A stretch of 64,000 bases of DNA from an uncultured bacterium (GCA_965552055.1 CBEVQO010000004.1:64001-128000); one strand, 5' to 3'; counted from the first letter of the stretch, positions 18,892-29,032 are shown. Translations and numbers: made by a program. Notes: a model not told the origin generated them from the letters alone.

Positions 18892-21800
18892 ATGGATGTT
18901 AATGTAATTTATAGAAATTTGTGTCCTGTTTGCGAAAGGGAGCTCACACTCTCCGAGATTGAAAAAGGCATCTGTCAGCGCACAGGCAGACCCTTCAAGG
19001 ATGTCAAATTCGAGAGGAAACTAAAAGATTTTGAAAAGTTTTTCAGAGAATTTGTCGGAAGCCGTCCCCGTAATATTCAAAGAATATGGGCAAAAAGAAT
19101 CTTAAAAGGCGAATCCTTCGCAGCAATAGCACCAACAGGAATAGGAAAAACAGTTTTCAGTATTTGCATGGCTATGTTCTTATCAAAGGAAAAGAAAAAA
19201 ACTTATTGCATACTGCCAACTACAACACTCCTCGAAAATATCAGAGAAAAAGTTTATAATTTCCTGAAACAGAAAAAAGAAAATATAAACATACTTTTCT
19301 ATCATTCAAAGATAAGGAAACAGAAAGAAGCAAAAGAAAGATTGGAAAAAAGGGATTACGATGTGCTCGTAACAACAAATGCCTTTCTTGCAAAAAACTT
19401 TGACCTTATAAAAGATGTAAAATTTGATGTAATCTTTGTGGACGATGTAGATGCACTTATGAAAGCATCAAAGAACATAAACAGAATTTTAATGCTCGCA
19501 GGATATACGGAAGATGAAATTAAAAAGGGAGAACCTGAAGAAGATAAAAAAGGTATTTTCATGATTTCTACTGCAACGGGTACACCGGGTAGAGGAACAA
19601 ATTTATTCAGAAAATTATGCAACTTCGATGTTGGATATGTAAAAGAGACCGTTAGAAATGTTTCGGATATTTTTGTGGAAGAAAAATCGATTGAAAAGTT
19701 AAAAGAAATTTTACGAATTTGTGGAACAGGTGGGTTAATCTTTACAACATCTGAAGAAGAAGCAAAAGAACTTTACGAAAAGTTAAAAGAAGATTTCAAT
19801 TGTGATATAATGATTTCAACGCAAAAAACGAATTTAAAAGATTTTGAATATGGCAAAATAGATATTTTGATAGGAGTTGGAAGTTATTATGGTTTACTTG
19901 TAAGAGGGATTGACCTTCCCGAAAGAATAAGATATGCGATATTTTATGGAGCACCTCGTTTCGCGTTCAGGATAAACCTCGAAGATATAAAAAATGGTGT
20001 GGCTCTATATCTTGCAAGAGTAATCGCAAGAAAAGAAAAAAATAGAGGACTTATTAAACTTGTAAATTACAGGGCTATTGACAAAATAAAAGAAATTTTG
20101 AAAGAAAAATTACAAAGCTATTCAGAGGAGGATTTACAATCTCTCGGTATTTATCTTAAAGGCGACAGGATGATAATCCCGGATATAAAGACCTATATTC
20201 AGGGCTCCGGAAGGACATCTCGTCTCTATGCCGGCGGTATCACAAAAGGTTTAACTATATTGATGGAAGAAGATAAAAATCTGCTCAATTTCTTTATAGA
20301 AAAAGCAATGATTAGAGATATAACCTTTGAAAAATTTGAAGAAGAAAAAATCAAAGAAATTCTGGAAGAAGTTGATAGAGACAGAGAGAATATAAGATTG
20401 CGTCACAGGGCAAAAGATTTGTTGAAGCCGATTTTATTCATCGTGGAGAGTCCGAATAAAGCACGCCAGATTGCAAGTTTCTTTGGCAAACCGAGTGTAA
20501 GAAAAATATTCGGAATAAATGTTTACGAAGTTTTAACAGGTGATAAGTTGCTTATGATAGCACCAACTTTTGGACATATGGTTGACCTTACAGAAGAAAA
20601 TGTTGGATTTTATGGAATTGAGATAAAAGATGGAAACTTTATCCCTGTTTACGGAACTATCAAAAGATGCAAAAAGTGTAACTTTCAATTTGTAAAAGAT
20701 ATAGATTTTTGTCCGAGGAAAAATTGTGGTAGCAAAGATATTTTTGATGCAAAAAATCAGATAAGGGCTTTGCAGAGGTTAGCGCTTGAGATGGAAAGAG
20801 TTTACATAGGAACAGACCCGGATACGGAAGGCGAAAAAATTGCTTGGGATGTTTATAACCTTTTGAAACCTTATGCAAAGGAGATAAAGAGAGCAGAATT
20901 CCACGAAGTAACGAAAAAAGCAATAGAAGAAGCTCTCAAAGATTTGAGAGATATCGATGAAAACCTTGTAAAAGCACAGCTCGTTAGAAGGATAGAAGAC
21001 AGATGGACGGGTTTTGAGCTTACAAAAAGGTTAACAAAAGCATTTTCAGATGAAAAAGAACGCTTATTATCCGCTGGAAGAGTGCAATCACCGGTACTCA
21101 AATGGATAATCGACAGGACAGAAGAACATAAGAAGAAACAGAAAATATTTATATCAGAAGATGGTAAAATATGGATTAATCTGCCGGAAGGTGTTGATGT
21201 GAAAGATAAGTTAAAGGTTAAGATAAAAATAGCAGATGTATATGAAAAAGATTTAATCGTTCATCCTTTTACTACGAATACGATGTTGCGTGATGCCAGC
21301 AGGCTGTTGCGTCTATCAGTAAAAGATGTGATGGCGAGTGCACAAAAATTGTTTGAAATCGGATTGATAACCTATCACAGAACAGATAGCGAAAGAATAT
21401 CCGAAAAGGGACACGAAGTAGCAAGGCGCTTACTTGAGAAAGATTTCGTAAAAAGGACATTTGGTGAAGGAGGGGCACATGAAGGAATTAGAATAACGAA
21501 ACCTTTGCGTCCCGAAGAATTGAGAATTTACTTTGAAGAACTCGGAATTGTAGCACCTTTGACAAAAGAAGATTTTAATCTTTATAAGTTGATTTTCAAC
21601 AGATTTCTTGCATCCCAAACCCATCCAGCAAAAGTTAAATATCAAAAAGTTATTTATGTGGTTGATGGGCATGAAATTGAAGAAGAGCGTCCCGTTGAAG
21701 CCAGTGGAAAATCTTATGAATTCTGCCCTTATATTATAAATGTCAGGGATTCTTTAAGAGAAGGGGAATATGTATTAAAGGGCAAAGTAGAAAAGATACC

Positions 21801-22143
21801 AGTTGTGCCTTTGTTCACACAATCAGATGTAATAGCACAGATGAAAGAAAGGGGAATAGGGAGACCTTCTACTTATTCTGCGATACTTACAAAGCTTTTC
21901 GAAAGGGGGTATATCTACGAATTAAATAAGACGCAAAAAATAATAGCAACGACATTGGGGAAAAAGTGCGGAGAATATCTTTTCACACATTACAGTCAAT
22001 TTGTATCAGAAGAAAGGACAAAACAATTGGAAGAAATTATGGACGAAATAGAAAGGGGTGAGAAGGACTATAAAAAAGTACTCGAAGAACTTTACGAAGA
22101 AATACAATCGCTTAATAAATTTAATTCCTGCTTGACAGATTGA
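18892..22143 (+). CDS. rgy: Reverse gyrase
   Basis: Zn finger, SF2 helicase-like domain (APTGIGKT, DDVD, QGSGRTSR) and type IA topoisomerase domain (VESP, TDPDTEGE, LITYHRTDS, GIGRPSTY). Confidence 0.98.
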   Translation: MDVNVIYRNLCPVCERELTLSEIEKGICQRTGRPFKDVKFERKLKDFEKFFREFVGSRPRNIQRIWAKRILKGESFAAIAPTGIGKTVFSICMAMFLSKEKKKTYCILPTTTLLENIREKVYNFLKQKKENINILFYHSKIRKQKEAKERLEKRDYDVLVTTNAFLAKNFDLIKDVKFDVIFVDDVDALMKASKNINRILMLAGYTEDEIKKGEPEEDKKGIFMISTATGTPGRGTNLFRKLCNFDVGYVKETVRNVSDIFVEEKSIEKLKEILRICGTGGLIFTTSEEEAKELYEKLKEDFNCDIMISTQKTNLKDFEYGKIDILIGVGSYYGLLVRGIDLPERIRYAIFYGAPRFAFRINLEDIKNGVALYLARVIARKEKNRGLIKLVNYRAIDKIKEILKEKLQSYSEEDLQSLGIYLKGDRMIIPDIKTYIQGSGRTSRLYAGGITKGLTILMEEDKNLLNFFIEKAMIRDITFEKFEEEKIKEILEEVDRDRENIRLRHRAKDLLKPILFIVESPNKARQIASFFGKPSVRKIFGINVYEVLTGDKLLMIAPTFGHMVDLTEENVGFYGIEIKDGNFIPVYGTIKRCKKCNFQFVKDIDFCPRKNCGSKDIFDAKNQIRALQRLALEMERVYIGTDPDTEGEKIAWDVYNLLKPYAKEIKRAEFHEVTKKAIEEALKDLRDIDENLVKAQLVRRIEDRWTGFELTKRLTKAFSDEKERLLSAGRVQSPVLKWIIDRTEEHKKKQKIFISEDGKIWINLPEGVDVKDKLKVKIKIADVYEKDLIVHPFTTNTMLRDASRLLRLSVKDVMASAQKLFEIGLITYHRTDSERISEKGHEVARRLLEKDFVKRTFGEGGAHEGIRITKPLRPEELRIYFEELGIVAPLTKEDFNLYKLIFNRFLASQTHPAKVKYQKVIYVVDGHEIEEERPVEASGKSYEFCPYIINVRDSLREGEYVLKGKVEKIPVVPLFTQSDVIAQMKERGIGRPSTYSAILTKLFERGYIYELNKTQKIIATTLGKKCGEYLFTHYSQFVSEERTKQLEEIMDEIERGEKDYKKVLEELYEEIQSLNKFNSCLTD

Positions 22144-22158
22144 CGCACCAGTTATAAT
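22132..22158 (+). promoter_or_regulatory. Promoter TTGACA-N15-TATAAT for the TA operon
   Basis: Perfect boxes overlapping the rgy 3' end. Confidence 0.7.
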
Positions 22159-22184
22159 AAGGATGGAAAATCAGTTGTTTAGAG

Positions 22185-22397
22185 ATGAAGTTAAAAGACA
22201 AAATAAAAGAGAAAATAGATAAATTACCGGAAGAACTTCTAAAAGAGGTGAATGATTTTGTTGATTTCCTGTTGCACAAAAATAAAAAAAGGGGAAAGAT
22301 AAAAATAGAAGGTTTATGGAAAGGCTGGCATGTTCCTGATGACCTAATTGAGAAGGCGAAAAAGATTTTATTCAAAAATGAAAAAATTTCTGACTGA
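22185..22397 (+). CDS. Antitoxin, DUF2281-like (VapB role)
   Basis: I.KLPEE...EV.DFVDFL and G.WKG motifs; overlaps the PIN gene. Confidence 0.8.
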   Translation: MKLKDKIKEKIDKLPEELLKEVNDFVDFLLHKNKKRGKIKIEGLWKGWHVPDDLIEKAKKILFKNEKISD

Positions 22398-22773
22398 TAC
22401 GCACGCTATTTTGTGGTTTATAGCTGAAGATAAGCGTCTCCCCGCTAAAATAAGAGAAATATTTTTAAAAGCTGAAAAAGGTGAAGTTCAAATAATAATC
22501 CCTACAATTGTGCTTGCCGAGTTGCTTTATATATGTGAGAAAGGAAAAGCACCTTTGCCGTTGATTTATGTAATAGAAAGGATAAAGATGAGCACAGGCT
22601 TTAAAGTAGTACCTTTCGATTTGGATGTTTTAGAGGAAATGCTCGATTTACCAAAAGATTTAGAAATGCACGATAGAATCATTTGTGCCACTGCGATACT
22701 TTACGACGCAATTATTATCACAAAAGATAAAATTTTAACAAAGCTTGGAAAAGTTAAAACAATATGGCAATAA
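22378..22773 (+). CDS. vapC: PIN-domain toxin (VapC family)
   Basis: DTHAILW, E in VLAEL, HDRIICATA, ITKD; ATG at 22378. Confidence 0.92.
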   Translation: MKKFLTDTHAILWFIAEDKRLPAKIREIFLKAEKGEVQIIIPTIVLAELLYICEKGKAPLPLIYVIERIKMSTGFKVVPFDLDVLEEMLDLPKDLEMHDRIICATAILYDAIIITKDKILTKLGKVKTIWQ

Positions 22774-22803
22774 ATTTATCAGAAGATTAAATAGGAGGGG
22801 GTT

Positions 22804-23055
22804 ATGGGTGGTTGTACTGTTTTCACTTGTGAGCGAATGGAAATAGATAGATTATTCTGGGAATTTGAGTATCTACTTCAGCGTGTCAAATTAAAATTTT
22901 TAGAATATATTGGAAAAGGGGAAAAATTTGAAAATTTAATTAGACGGATGTTAGAAAAATGTTATCATATTATTTTAGATTATAAAAAGTTTGACTGGCA
23001 TCTATCGTCGTGGCTTGATAAGGCAAAACGCAATGAATACTATAAAAATTATTAA
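22804..23055 (+). CDS. Small hypothetical protein
   Basis: 83-aa ORF with SD AGGAGGGG; no recognisable motif. Confidence 0.45.
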   Translation: MGGCTVFTCERMEIDRLFWEFEYLLQRVKLKFLEYIGKGEKFENLIRRMLEKCYHIILDYKKFDWHLSSWLDKAKRNEYYKNY

Positions 23056-23086
23056 AAACGCGGAAGAAAAGATAGAGAAATTACAC

Positions 23087-23113
23087 TTGACAAAATAAAT
23101 TTTGCATTAAAAT
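23087..23113 (+). promoter_or_regulatory. Promoter TTGACA-N15-TAAAAT for apt
   Basis: Read directly; followed by SD GGGGAGGT. Confidence 0.7.
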
Positions 23114-23137
23114 AAGAGTGTTTAGGGGAGGTCTGTC

Positions 23138-23656
23138 ATGGACTTGATGGAAAAAATAAGGCTTGTGCCCGATTTCCCGCAAAAGGGGGTGCTGTTCAGA
23201 GACATTACGACATTGCTACAGGATAAGGATGCTTTCAAAGAGGTCATAGATATTCTTTATGAGCGCTACAGGGGTAAAGGAATTGATAAAGTTGTTACGA
23301 TTGAAGCAAGGGGGTATCTCTTTGGTGGAGCACTTGCTTACAGACTGGGTGCAGGCGTGGTGCCCATCAGAAAACCCCAGAAACTCCCATGGAAAACGAT
23401 AAGAGAAGAATACGAACTGGAGTACGGCAGAAATATTCTTGAAATTCATGAAGATGCAATAAAAAAGGGCGAGAAGGTGGTGATATTTGATGATGTGCTT
23501 GCTACAGGTGGAACTGCTCTTGCTGCATGCAAACTTTGTGAAAGATTGGGAGGAGAAATTTATGAAGTAGCATTTTTGATGGAATTGAAGAAATTAAATG
23601 GAAGGGAAAAGTTGAAAGATTATAAAGTATTTGCGATACTGGAGGATGAGAGATGA
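23138..23656 (+). CDS. apt: Adenine phosphoribosyltransferase
   Basis: PDFP..GV.FRDIT, EARG, YELEYG, DDVLATGGT. Confidence 0.97.
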   Translation: MDLMEKIRLVPDFPQKGVLFRDITTLLQDKDAFKEVIDILYERYRGKGIDKVVTIEARGYLFGGALAYRLGAGVVPIRKPQKLPWKTIREEYELEYGRNILEIHEDAIKKGEKVVIFDDVLATGGTALAACKLCERLGGEIYEVAFLMELKKLNGREKLKDYKVFAILEDER

Positions 23657-24963
23657 TAGAAATTCAAAGAACAACCGCCCTTGATATAATTGAGCATTTA
23701 GGCGCGTATGGAACACCTCCGGAATATGGAGTGCGGTATTTTACCGAAGGCATACAGCATCTGCTTGATTTCTACAAAAAGGAATACTTCGCTGAATTTA
23801 TAAAAAATGGTGGCTCTATTTTCCGACTGGTTACAGGGGGGTATGGCTCGGGCAAAACCCATTTCCTCTACTGCATAAGGGATGTCGCATGGGAAGAAAA
23901 TTATCTCGTGAGCTATGTTTCGCTTTCACCGAGAGAATGTCCATTTACAGACCTGTCAAAAGTGTATCAAAGCATAGTTAACAATTTGATGTATCCGATG
24001 ACAGAAAAAGAGTTAAAAGACCCTACAGAGCACGGTATTAACGGTGTATTAAAAGTATTTGTGAGGGAGAAATTTTTGCAGGGTGATGGCAACGAAAAGA
24101 TAGATAATTTGTTAAAATCTCTGAGAATGGATTTACAATCTGTGGAAAGCAGCAGTTTTGCTCACGCAGTTTATCATGCTATAAGAAGTTTAGTAGAGGA
24201 AGATTTTGATATTTATGAGGGATGTCTTCAATGGTTAAAAGGCGAAGAACCTCCATCGGAGATAAAATTGCGTTACGGCATAACAGAGAAGTTAGATAAA
24301 ACAACAGCTCAAAGGAGAATAAGGTCTCTTGCTCAAACTGTTCGCAAAATGGGCTATTCTGGTCTTGTTTTGATATTTGATGAAGCAGAGATGATGACAA
24401 GCATAGCCACTCAGCGCTCCAAAAAGCAGGTTTTGAACAATTTGCGCGAATTGATAGATGAATGCGCAAGAAGGGGGCGTTTACCTTCTACTGTTATGTT
24501 TTATGCGATACCCGATAAAAGAGAGTTACTCGATGGTGAAGGTCCGCATTATGAAGCATTGCGTCAGAGGGTTTCTTCTTACTTCAACAATATGACAAAT
24601 CCATCCGGAGTGATAATAGACCTTGAGAATCAAAATCTTTTGAGGATAAGAGAGGATGAGCTTTTGAAGAAAATAGGTGATAAAATATCGCAAATATATT
24701 TTGTTGCATATCCGGAGGCACTTATTCCACCAAATCAGTTAAAAGAGATGATACAGGGTATAGTTGATGAGGTTATAAAGGTAGCACCGGGTGTTGTATC
24801 TCCGCGCAGGTTGTTTGTGAAAAGTTTGATAGCTGTTTTACATCTGTCAAGAGCAAGAGCAGGGGCACCTGTTTTGGAAGATGAAATAAGGGACATCGTA
24901 AAAGAAAACTTACAGGTAGAAGTAGAAAGACAGGAAAATTATTCAGAAGAAGAGGAATTTTGA
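23653..24963 (+). CDS. P-loop ATPase, DUF2791/BrxD-like
   Basis: G.PP N-terminal motif, Walker A GGYGSGKTH, QWL.G, GYSGLVLIFDEAE, LRELID, YEAL..R. Confidence 0.8.
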   Translation: MIEIQRTTALDIIEHLGAYGTPPEYGVRYFTEGIQHLLDFYKKEYFAEFIKNGGSIFRLVTGGYGSGKTHFLYCIRDVAWEENYLVSYVSLSPRECPFTDLSKVYQSIVNNLMYPMTEKELKDPTEHGINGVLKVFVREKFLQGDGNEKIDNLLKSLRMDLQSVESSSFAHAVYHAIRSLVEEDFDIYEGCLQWLKGEEPPSEIKLRYGITEKLDKTTAQRRIRSLAQTVRKMGYSGLVLIFDEAEMMTSIATQRSKKQVLNNLRELIDECARRGRLPSTVMFYAIPDKRELLDGEGPHYEALRQRVSSYFNNMTNPSGVIIDLENQNLLRIREDELLKKIGDKISQIYFVAYPEALIPPNQLKEMIQGIVDEVIKVAPGVVSPRRLFVKSLIAVLHLSRARAGAPVLEDEIRDIVKENLQVEVERQENYSEEEEF

Positions 24964-24992
24964 CAATATAATTCCAAGTTTTTCATATTACA

Positions 24993-25460
24993 ATGTGGAT
25001 GGCAAGAAATATGAATGCAAAATTCAAAAAAGCTGAATATTTGATTTATGCTTTGACTTCGCCTCAACGAGAAGAAGGTCATCTTTCTTTAAAAGAAAAT
25101 CAAAAATTAGAAATGGAGTTAATAGATATAATTACTGATCTTCAAGATGAAAGTGAAAAAAGAGATTTTGTGAATTTTTTATTCAAGATGGCAAAAGAAG
25201 ATGCCATTATAACATTTGTTTTACAATTGTTTTTAAGATATTTTGATGTTTTTAAAAAAATTGTTGCGAAGAAAAAAGAAAAATTGCTAAAATATGCTTC
25301 ACACAAAGATCCGATGATTGGCTATCTTTCTATAAGTTTGTTTTTGAAACTTCTACAAAGTGAGTTAAAGGAAAGTAGTGTCAGCATAGAAAATAACGAA
25401 ATATTAAAGAAGCGTATGCAAATAGTGATGAAGAATAAAGAAATATTCGGGTTAACTTAG
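24993..25460 (+). CDS. Hypothetical all-helical protein (HEAT-like)
   Basis: 155-aa ORF with amphipathic helices, very AT-rich. Confidence 0.6.
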   Translation: MWMARNMNAKFKKAEYLIYALTSPQREEGHLSLKENQKLEMELIDIITDLQDESEKRDFVNFLFKMAKEDAIITFVLQLFLRYFDVFKKIVAKKKEKLLKYASHKDPMIGYLSISLFLKLLQSELKESSVSIENNEILKKRMQIVMKNKEIFGLT

Positions 25461-26360
25461 GACTTTACAAAATTTCTCGATAATTTCTTCGATTAAATCT
25501 TTCTTTACAATTTTGTTCAGCCAATTTTGGGGTATTGCCTCGTATCCGTAATAGGTGCCGCTCAACCCTCCTGTAACCGCACCAATTGTATCCGTATCGC
25601 CACCGAGATTCACAGCGCGTAAAAGAGAATCGGTAAAGCTTTGGGTCGTTAAAAAACTCCATAAAGATGCTTCAAGGGTATCAATGACATATCCCGAGCT
25701 CTTTATCAAATCTTCATTTAAGTTATAAATATTGCAATCAAGGATTCTGCTAAAATGCTTTAACTCCGAAAAGAAAGGTTCATCTTTATAAAATTCTTCA
25801 ATTTCTTTGACAGCACTGTAATATGCTTTGAATTTATCTTCGCCTTCAATGATGTGAACGATTATTCTGCAATAAAATGAACATGCTATCAGGCTTCTTG
25901 GATGTGCATGTGTTATTGCTGAAATTTTATGTATTTTTTCACAGAAATCTTTTAAAGGTAATTTTTTAAAATAAAAAGCTGCTGGTAAAATTCGCATGAG
26001 TGAGCCATTGCCGTTTGACCACTCATCTTTGCCACCCGATTTTTCAGGCGAAGCACCCCTCATAATTCTTTGAAGCGCTAATCGAGTGGTTCTGCCAATA
26101 CCTATCGGATAACCAAAGGGGGTCAAATATCCTTCTTTATACCATTTTATAAAATTTTGTGCAATATCGTTTAAGTCAAATCCTTTAATCAAACTATCAC
26201 AAAGACAAAGTGTAAGCGATGAATCATCAGACCATACCCCCTCTTTTAAATCTTTTATAGGATTTTTGCGTAAATATCCGCGGGAAGAACCCTCACGCTG
26301 AAAGCCAAGGACATCACCTAAAATAACACCCCATAATCCTCCTTTAACTCTCCCTTCCAT
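25452..26360 (-). CDS. ADP-ribosylglycohydrolase (DraG/ARH family)
   Basis: GD.LG..E, WSDDS, NGNGSLMR, ITHAH, AVNLGGDTDT. Confidence 0.95.
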   Translation of the reverse strand: MEGRVKGGLWGVILGDVLGFQREGSSRGYLRKNPIKDLKEGVWSDDSSLTLCLCDSLIKGFDLNDIAQNFIKWYKEGYLTPFGYPIGIGRTTRLALQRIMRGASPEKSGGKDEWSNGNGSLMRILPAAFYFKKLPLKDFCEKIHKISAITHAHPRSLIACSFYCRIIVHIIEGEDKFKAYYSAVKEIEEFYKDEPFFSELKHFSRILDCNIYNLNEDLIKSSGYVIDTLEASLWSFLTTQSFTDSLLRAVNLGGDTDTIGAVTGGLSGTYYGYEAIPQNWLNKIVKKDLIEEIIEKFCKVLS

Positions 26361-26366
26361 CTATAA

Positions 26367-26393
26367 AAATTACAAAAAAATAAAAAATGTCAA
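26367..26393 (-). promoter_or_regulatory. Promoter TTGACA-N15-TAATTT; ARH gene probably leaderless
   Basis: ATG 6 nt after the -10 box, no SD. Confidence 0.6.
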
Positions 26394-26423
26394 TCAATAA
26401 AATTTTAAAGTGAAAAATTTTTC

Positions 26424-26450
26424 TTGACAAAGGTGGATGATGTTTAAATT
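26424..26450 (+). promoter_or_regulatory. Promoter TTGACA-N15-TAAATT for the four-gene membrane operon
   Basis: ATGs follow at 26453/26456/26462. Confidence 0.6.
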
Positions 26451-26452
26451 AG

Positions 26453-27565
26453 ATGATGAATATGATTATTTTCATTCTGGTTTTGCAGATTGCACCACCT
26501 GAATCTTTGAAAGCTTATGATACGCCTGCTGATGATGGAACATCTATAACACTTGAATGGAAGCTATCACCTGATGATGCTAAAATTCAGGGATATGAGA
26601 TTTACAGGGCATCAGAAGATAATCCTGATGAATTTATTTTTGTGAAATTTGTTCCAAATGGTGTGAATAAAACACAGGATAAAGATACTGCTTTTGTAGC
26701 TGGCAAAAAATATTTTTATAAAATAAGGGCAAGGGGAGAGGGAGAAATTTATTCTGGTTTTACAAATGTTGCAGTGGCGATTCCCCGTCCCCAATGGTTT
26801 AATGTAAAGCTTGTAAATGTTCTTGTTGCCACTTTGCTTTATACTTTTATAATAGTGTTTTTCATAAGGGCAGCTCGCAGAGGCGTTAAGCTATTTATAA
26901 GGAGGATACCGGGATTGGATGCTCTTGAAGAGGCAGTGGGAAGGGCTACGGAGATGGGCAAACCTGTTCTCTTTGTCCCGGGTATATCCTCAATCTCTGA
27001 TATTGCCACTATTGCTGCTTTAAATATACTGGGAAGGGTTGCTAAAAAGACAGCAGAATATGAGACAAGATTGATAGTGCCAAATATAGACCCCATTGTT
27101 ATGACAGTGGCTCAGGAAGTTGTTAGGCAGGCGTATACTGAGGCAGGCAGACCCGACATTTATAGAAAGGAAGATATATTTTTCTTAACGAGCTCACAAT
27201 TTGCTTATGCTGCGGGTGTAGACGGTATAATGATGAGGGAGCGTCCAGCTACGAATCTTTTCATGGGTTGGTTTGCAGCAGAATCATTAATCCTTGCGGA
27301 AGCAGGCAATATGACGGGTGCAATACAGATTGCAGGAACTGATTCTACAGACCAGTTGCCATTCTTCATTGTTTCCTGTGATTATACAATAATGGGTGAA
27401 GAGTTATATGCTGCATCTGCCTATTTATCGCGGGAGCCACTTCTTCTTGGTACTGTAAAGGGTCAGGATTTAGGCAAAGCAATTCTGATGTTTTTGCTGG
27501 TGCTCGGAAGTATTTTTGGTTTATTTGGCAGTAAAATAATTTATAACCTGTTCAATTTGCCATGA
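26453..27565 (+). CDS. FN3-domain plus DUF6754-like membrane protein
   Basis: FN3 (A.DTP.D.G.SITL.W, Y.Y.I.A), then TM and IRRIPGLDA.EEAVGRATEMGKP, GEELYAASAYL. Confidence 0.8.
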   Translation: MMNMIIFILVLQIAPPESLKAYDTPADDGTSITLEWKLSPDDAKIQGYEIYRASEDNPDEFIFVKFVPNGVNKTQDKDTAFVAGKKYFYKIRARGEGEIYSGFTNVAVAIPRPQWFNVKLVNVLVATLLYTFIIVFFIRAARRGVKLFIRRIPGLDALEEAVGRATEMGKPVLFVPGISSISDIATIAALNILGRVAKKTAEYETRLIVPNIDPIVMTVAQEVVRQAYTEAGRPDIYRKEDIFFLTSSQFAYAAGVDGIMMRERPATNLFMGWFAAESLILAEAGNMTGAIQIAGTDSTDQLPFFIVSCDYTIMGEELYAASAYLSREPLLLGTVKGQDLGKAILMFLLVLGSIFGLFGSKIIYNLFNLP

Positions 27566-28197
27566 ACAGGAGATTGCCTTTAGCTGTCTGTTTTATTACT
27601 GGAATAATAATGCTGATACAGTTTTTTATCCCGCATCCTCTTTTCTCTAAAAAGATTTACAATGAAGCACTGAGATGGGCGATAGTTATCTCTGCATTTA
27701 CCCTGATAATAGGTATAGAGAGTTTGATAAGGCTTCATGCCAATAAGATTCGCAGAAAGGTTCCTGGCTGGGGTTATAGTGTTATTGCAATTGTTATGAT
27801 GATTTTTGTTGCGGTTGTGGGGATATGGAAGGGGATAGGTGAAGGTTCTCTTTTTATAAAGATTTTCAGATATGTGCTTGCACCTCTGAATGCCACAATG
27901 TTTTCGATGCTCGCTTTCTTTATGGCATCTGCGGCTTACAGGTCTTTCAGGGCAAGGACTCCGGAAGCAGTTTTGCTTTTATGTGTTGCACTTTTTGTGA
28001 TGTATGGAAGGGTGCCTATTGGTCACATGACCTGGGAGAAAATTCCTGATATCGTTGAGTGGATATTGAGGTATCCGAGTATGGGTGCGCAGAGGGGCAT
28101 TTTGATAGGTGTTGGTTTGGGTGTTATGGCAACATCTTTGAAGATGCTACTTGGTATTGAGCGTCAGTGGCTCGGAGGAGCAGGTGGAGGTACTTAA
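27562..28197 (+). CDS. Uncharacterised multi-TM membrane protein (operon gene 2)
   Basis: About 6 hydrophobic segments; SAAYRSFRAR, RGI.IG..LG; overlaps both neighbours. Confidence 0.8.
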   Translation: MNRRLPLAVCFITGIIMLIQFFIPHPLFSKKIYNEALRWAIVISAFTLIIGIESLIRLHANKIRRKVPGWGYSVIAIVMMIFVAVVGIWKGIGEGSLFIKIFRYVLAPLNATMFSMLAFFMASAAYRSFRARTPEAVLLLCVALFVMYGRVPIGHMTWEKIPDIVEWILRYPSMGAQRGILIGVGLGVMATSLKMLLGIERQWLGGAGGGT

Positions 28198-29032
28198 AAA
28201 ATTATATTATTTGCCACGCAAAGTCATATTTATACTGATTGCGGTAGCTGTGATTATTCCTTTGATTTTGAAAATCGGTCTACCTGTTAAATGGACGCCA
28301 CCCGTAGAAGCTATTTTTAATGCGATAGATACTATGCCAGATAATCAGGCTGTGCTTCTGTCGTGCGATTTCGACCCATCCACTCAACCAGAGCTTTACC
28401 CTATGGCACTTGCGATAATAAGACATTGTTTCGCAGCAAAGAAAAAATTACTGGTAATGTCATTATACCCAATGGGAGTTGGTCTGGCTGCTATGGCGCT
28501 TGAAGAAGCAAAAGAAGATTTCCCCGATGTCGAATATGGTAAAGATTATGTATTTCTGGGATATACACCGGGGACAGGCATTGTAATATTGAAAATAGGA
28601 GAAAGTATCCAGAAGACATTTGAAAGGGATTATTATGGCACTCCTTTGAACGAATTACCTTTAATGAAAAAGATAAAGAATTATGATGATATAGGGCTAG
28701 CTGTGTGTCTTACGGGTTCTGGAATATGGACTTCATGGGTTTTGTATGCAAATACCACATATAAGCAAGCACTTGCAATAGGCGTTACTGCGGTTATAGC
28801 TACGCAGGTTTATCCTTATCTTGCAACGGGACAAATAATAGGGATGATGGGAGGACTAAAAGGTGCAGCAGAATATGAGGAGTTGCTCGCATATCACGGC
28901 TATTACAATAAGAAGAGGATAGCAACAAGGGGTATGGATGCTCAAACTATCACTCACCTATTGATAATCGCAATGATAATCTTTGGCAACATAAATTATG
29001 TTATTTTAAGAAGGAGGAAAATTGTCCGTTAG
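28184..29032 (+). CDS. Uncharacterised membrane-anchored alpha/beta protein (operon gene 3)
   Basis: GTG start after GGAGG; N- and C-terminal TMs; YGKDYV.LGY.PG, PY..TGQ..G..GG..GAAEYE. Confidence 0.8.
   Translation: MEVLKKLYYLPRKVIFILIAVAVIIPLILKIGLPVKWTPPVEAIFNAIDTMPDNQAVLLSCDFDPSTQPELYPMALAIIRHCFAAKKKLLVMSLYPMGVGLAAMALEEAKEDFPDVEYGKDYVFLGYTPGTGIVILKIGESIQKTFERDYYGTPLNELPLMKKIKNYDDIGLAVCLTGSGIWTSWVLYANTTYKQALAIGVTAVIATQVYPYLATGQIIGMMGGLKGAAEYEELLAYHGYYNKKRIATRGMDAQTITHLLIIAMIIFGNINYVILRRRKIVR

Noticed and set aside
23653..24963. Complete BREX system
   Set aside because: Only the ATPase is present; no pglZ, pglX, brxL or helicase in the window.
24960..24994. Promoter for the 155-aa ORF (TTGACA at 24960)
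   Set aside because: No convincing -10 box at 15-17 bp; left out of the promoter set.
16313..26360. PII-DraG nitrogenase switch-off system
   Set aside because: The genes are about 9 kb apart, with no draT, nif or amtB; ARH enzymes are widespread.
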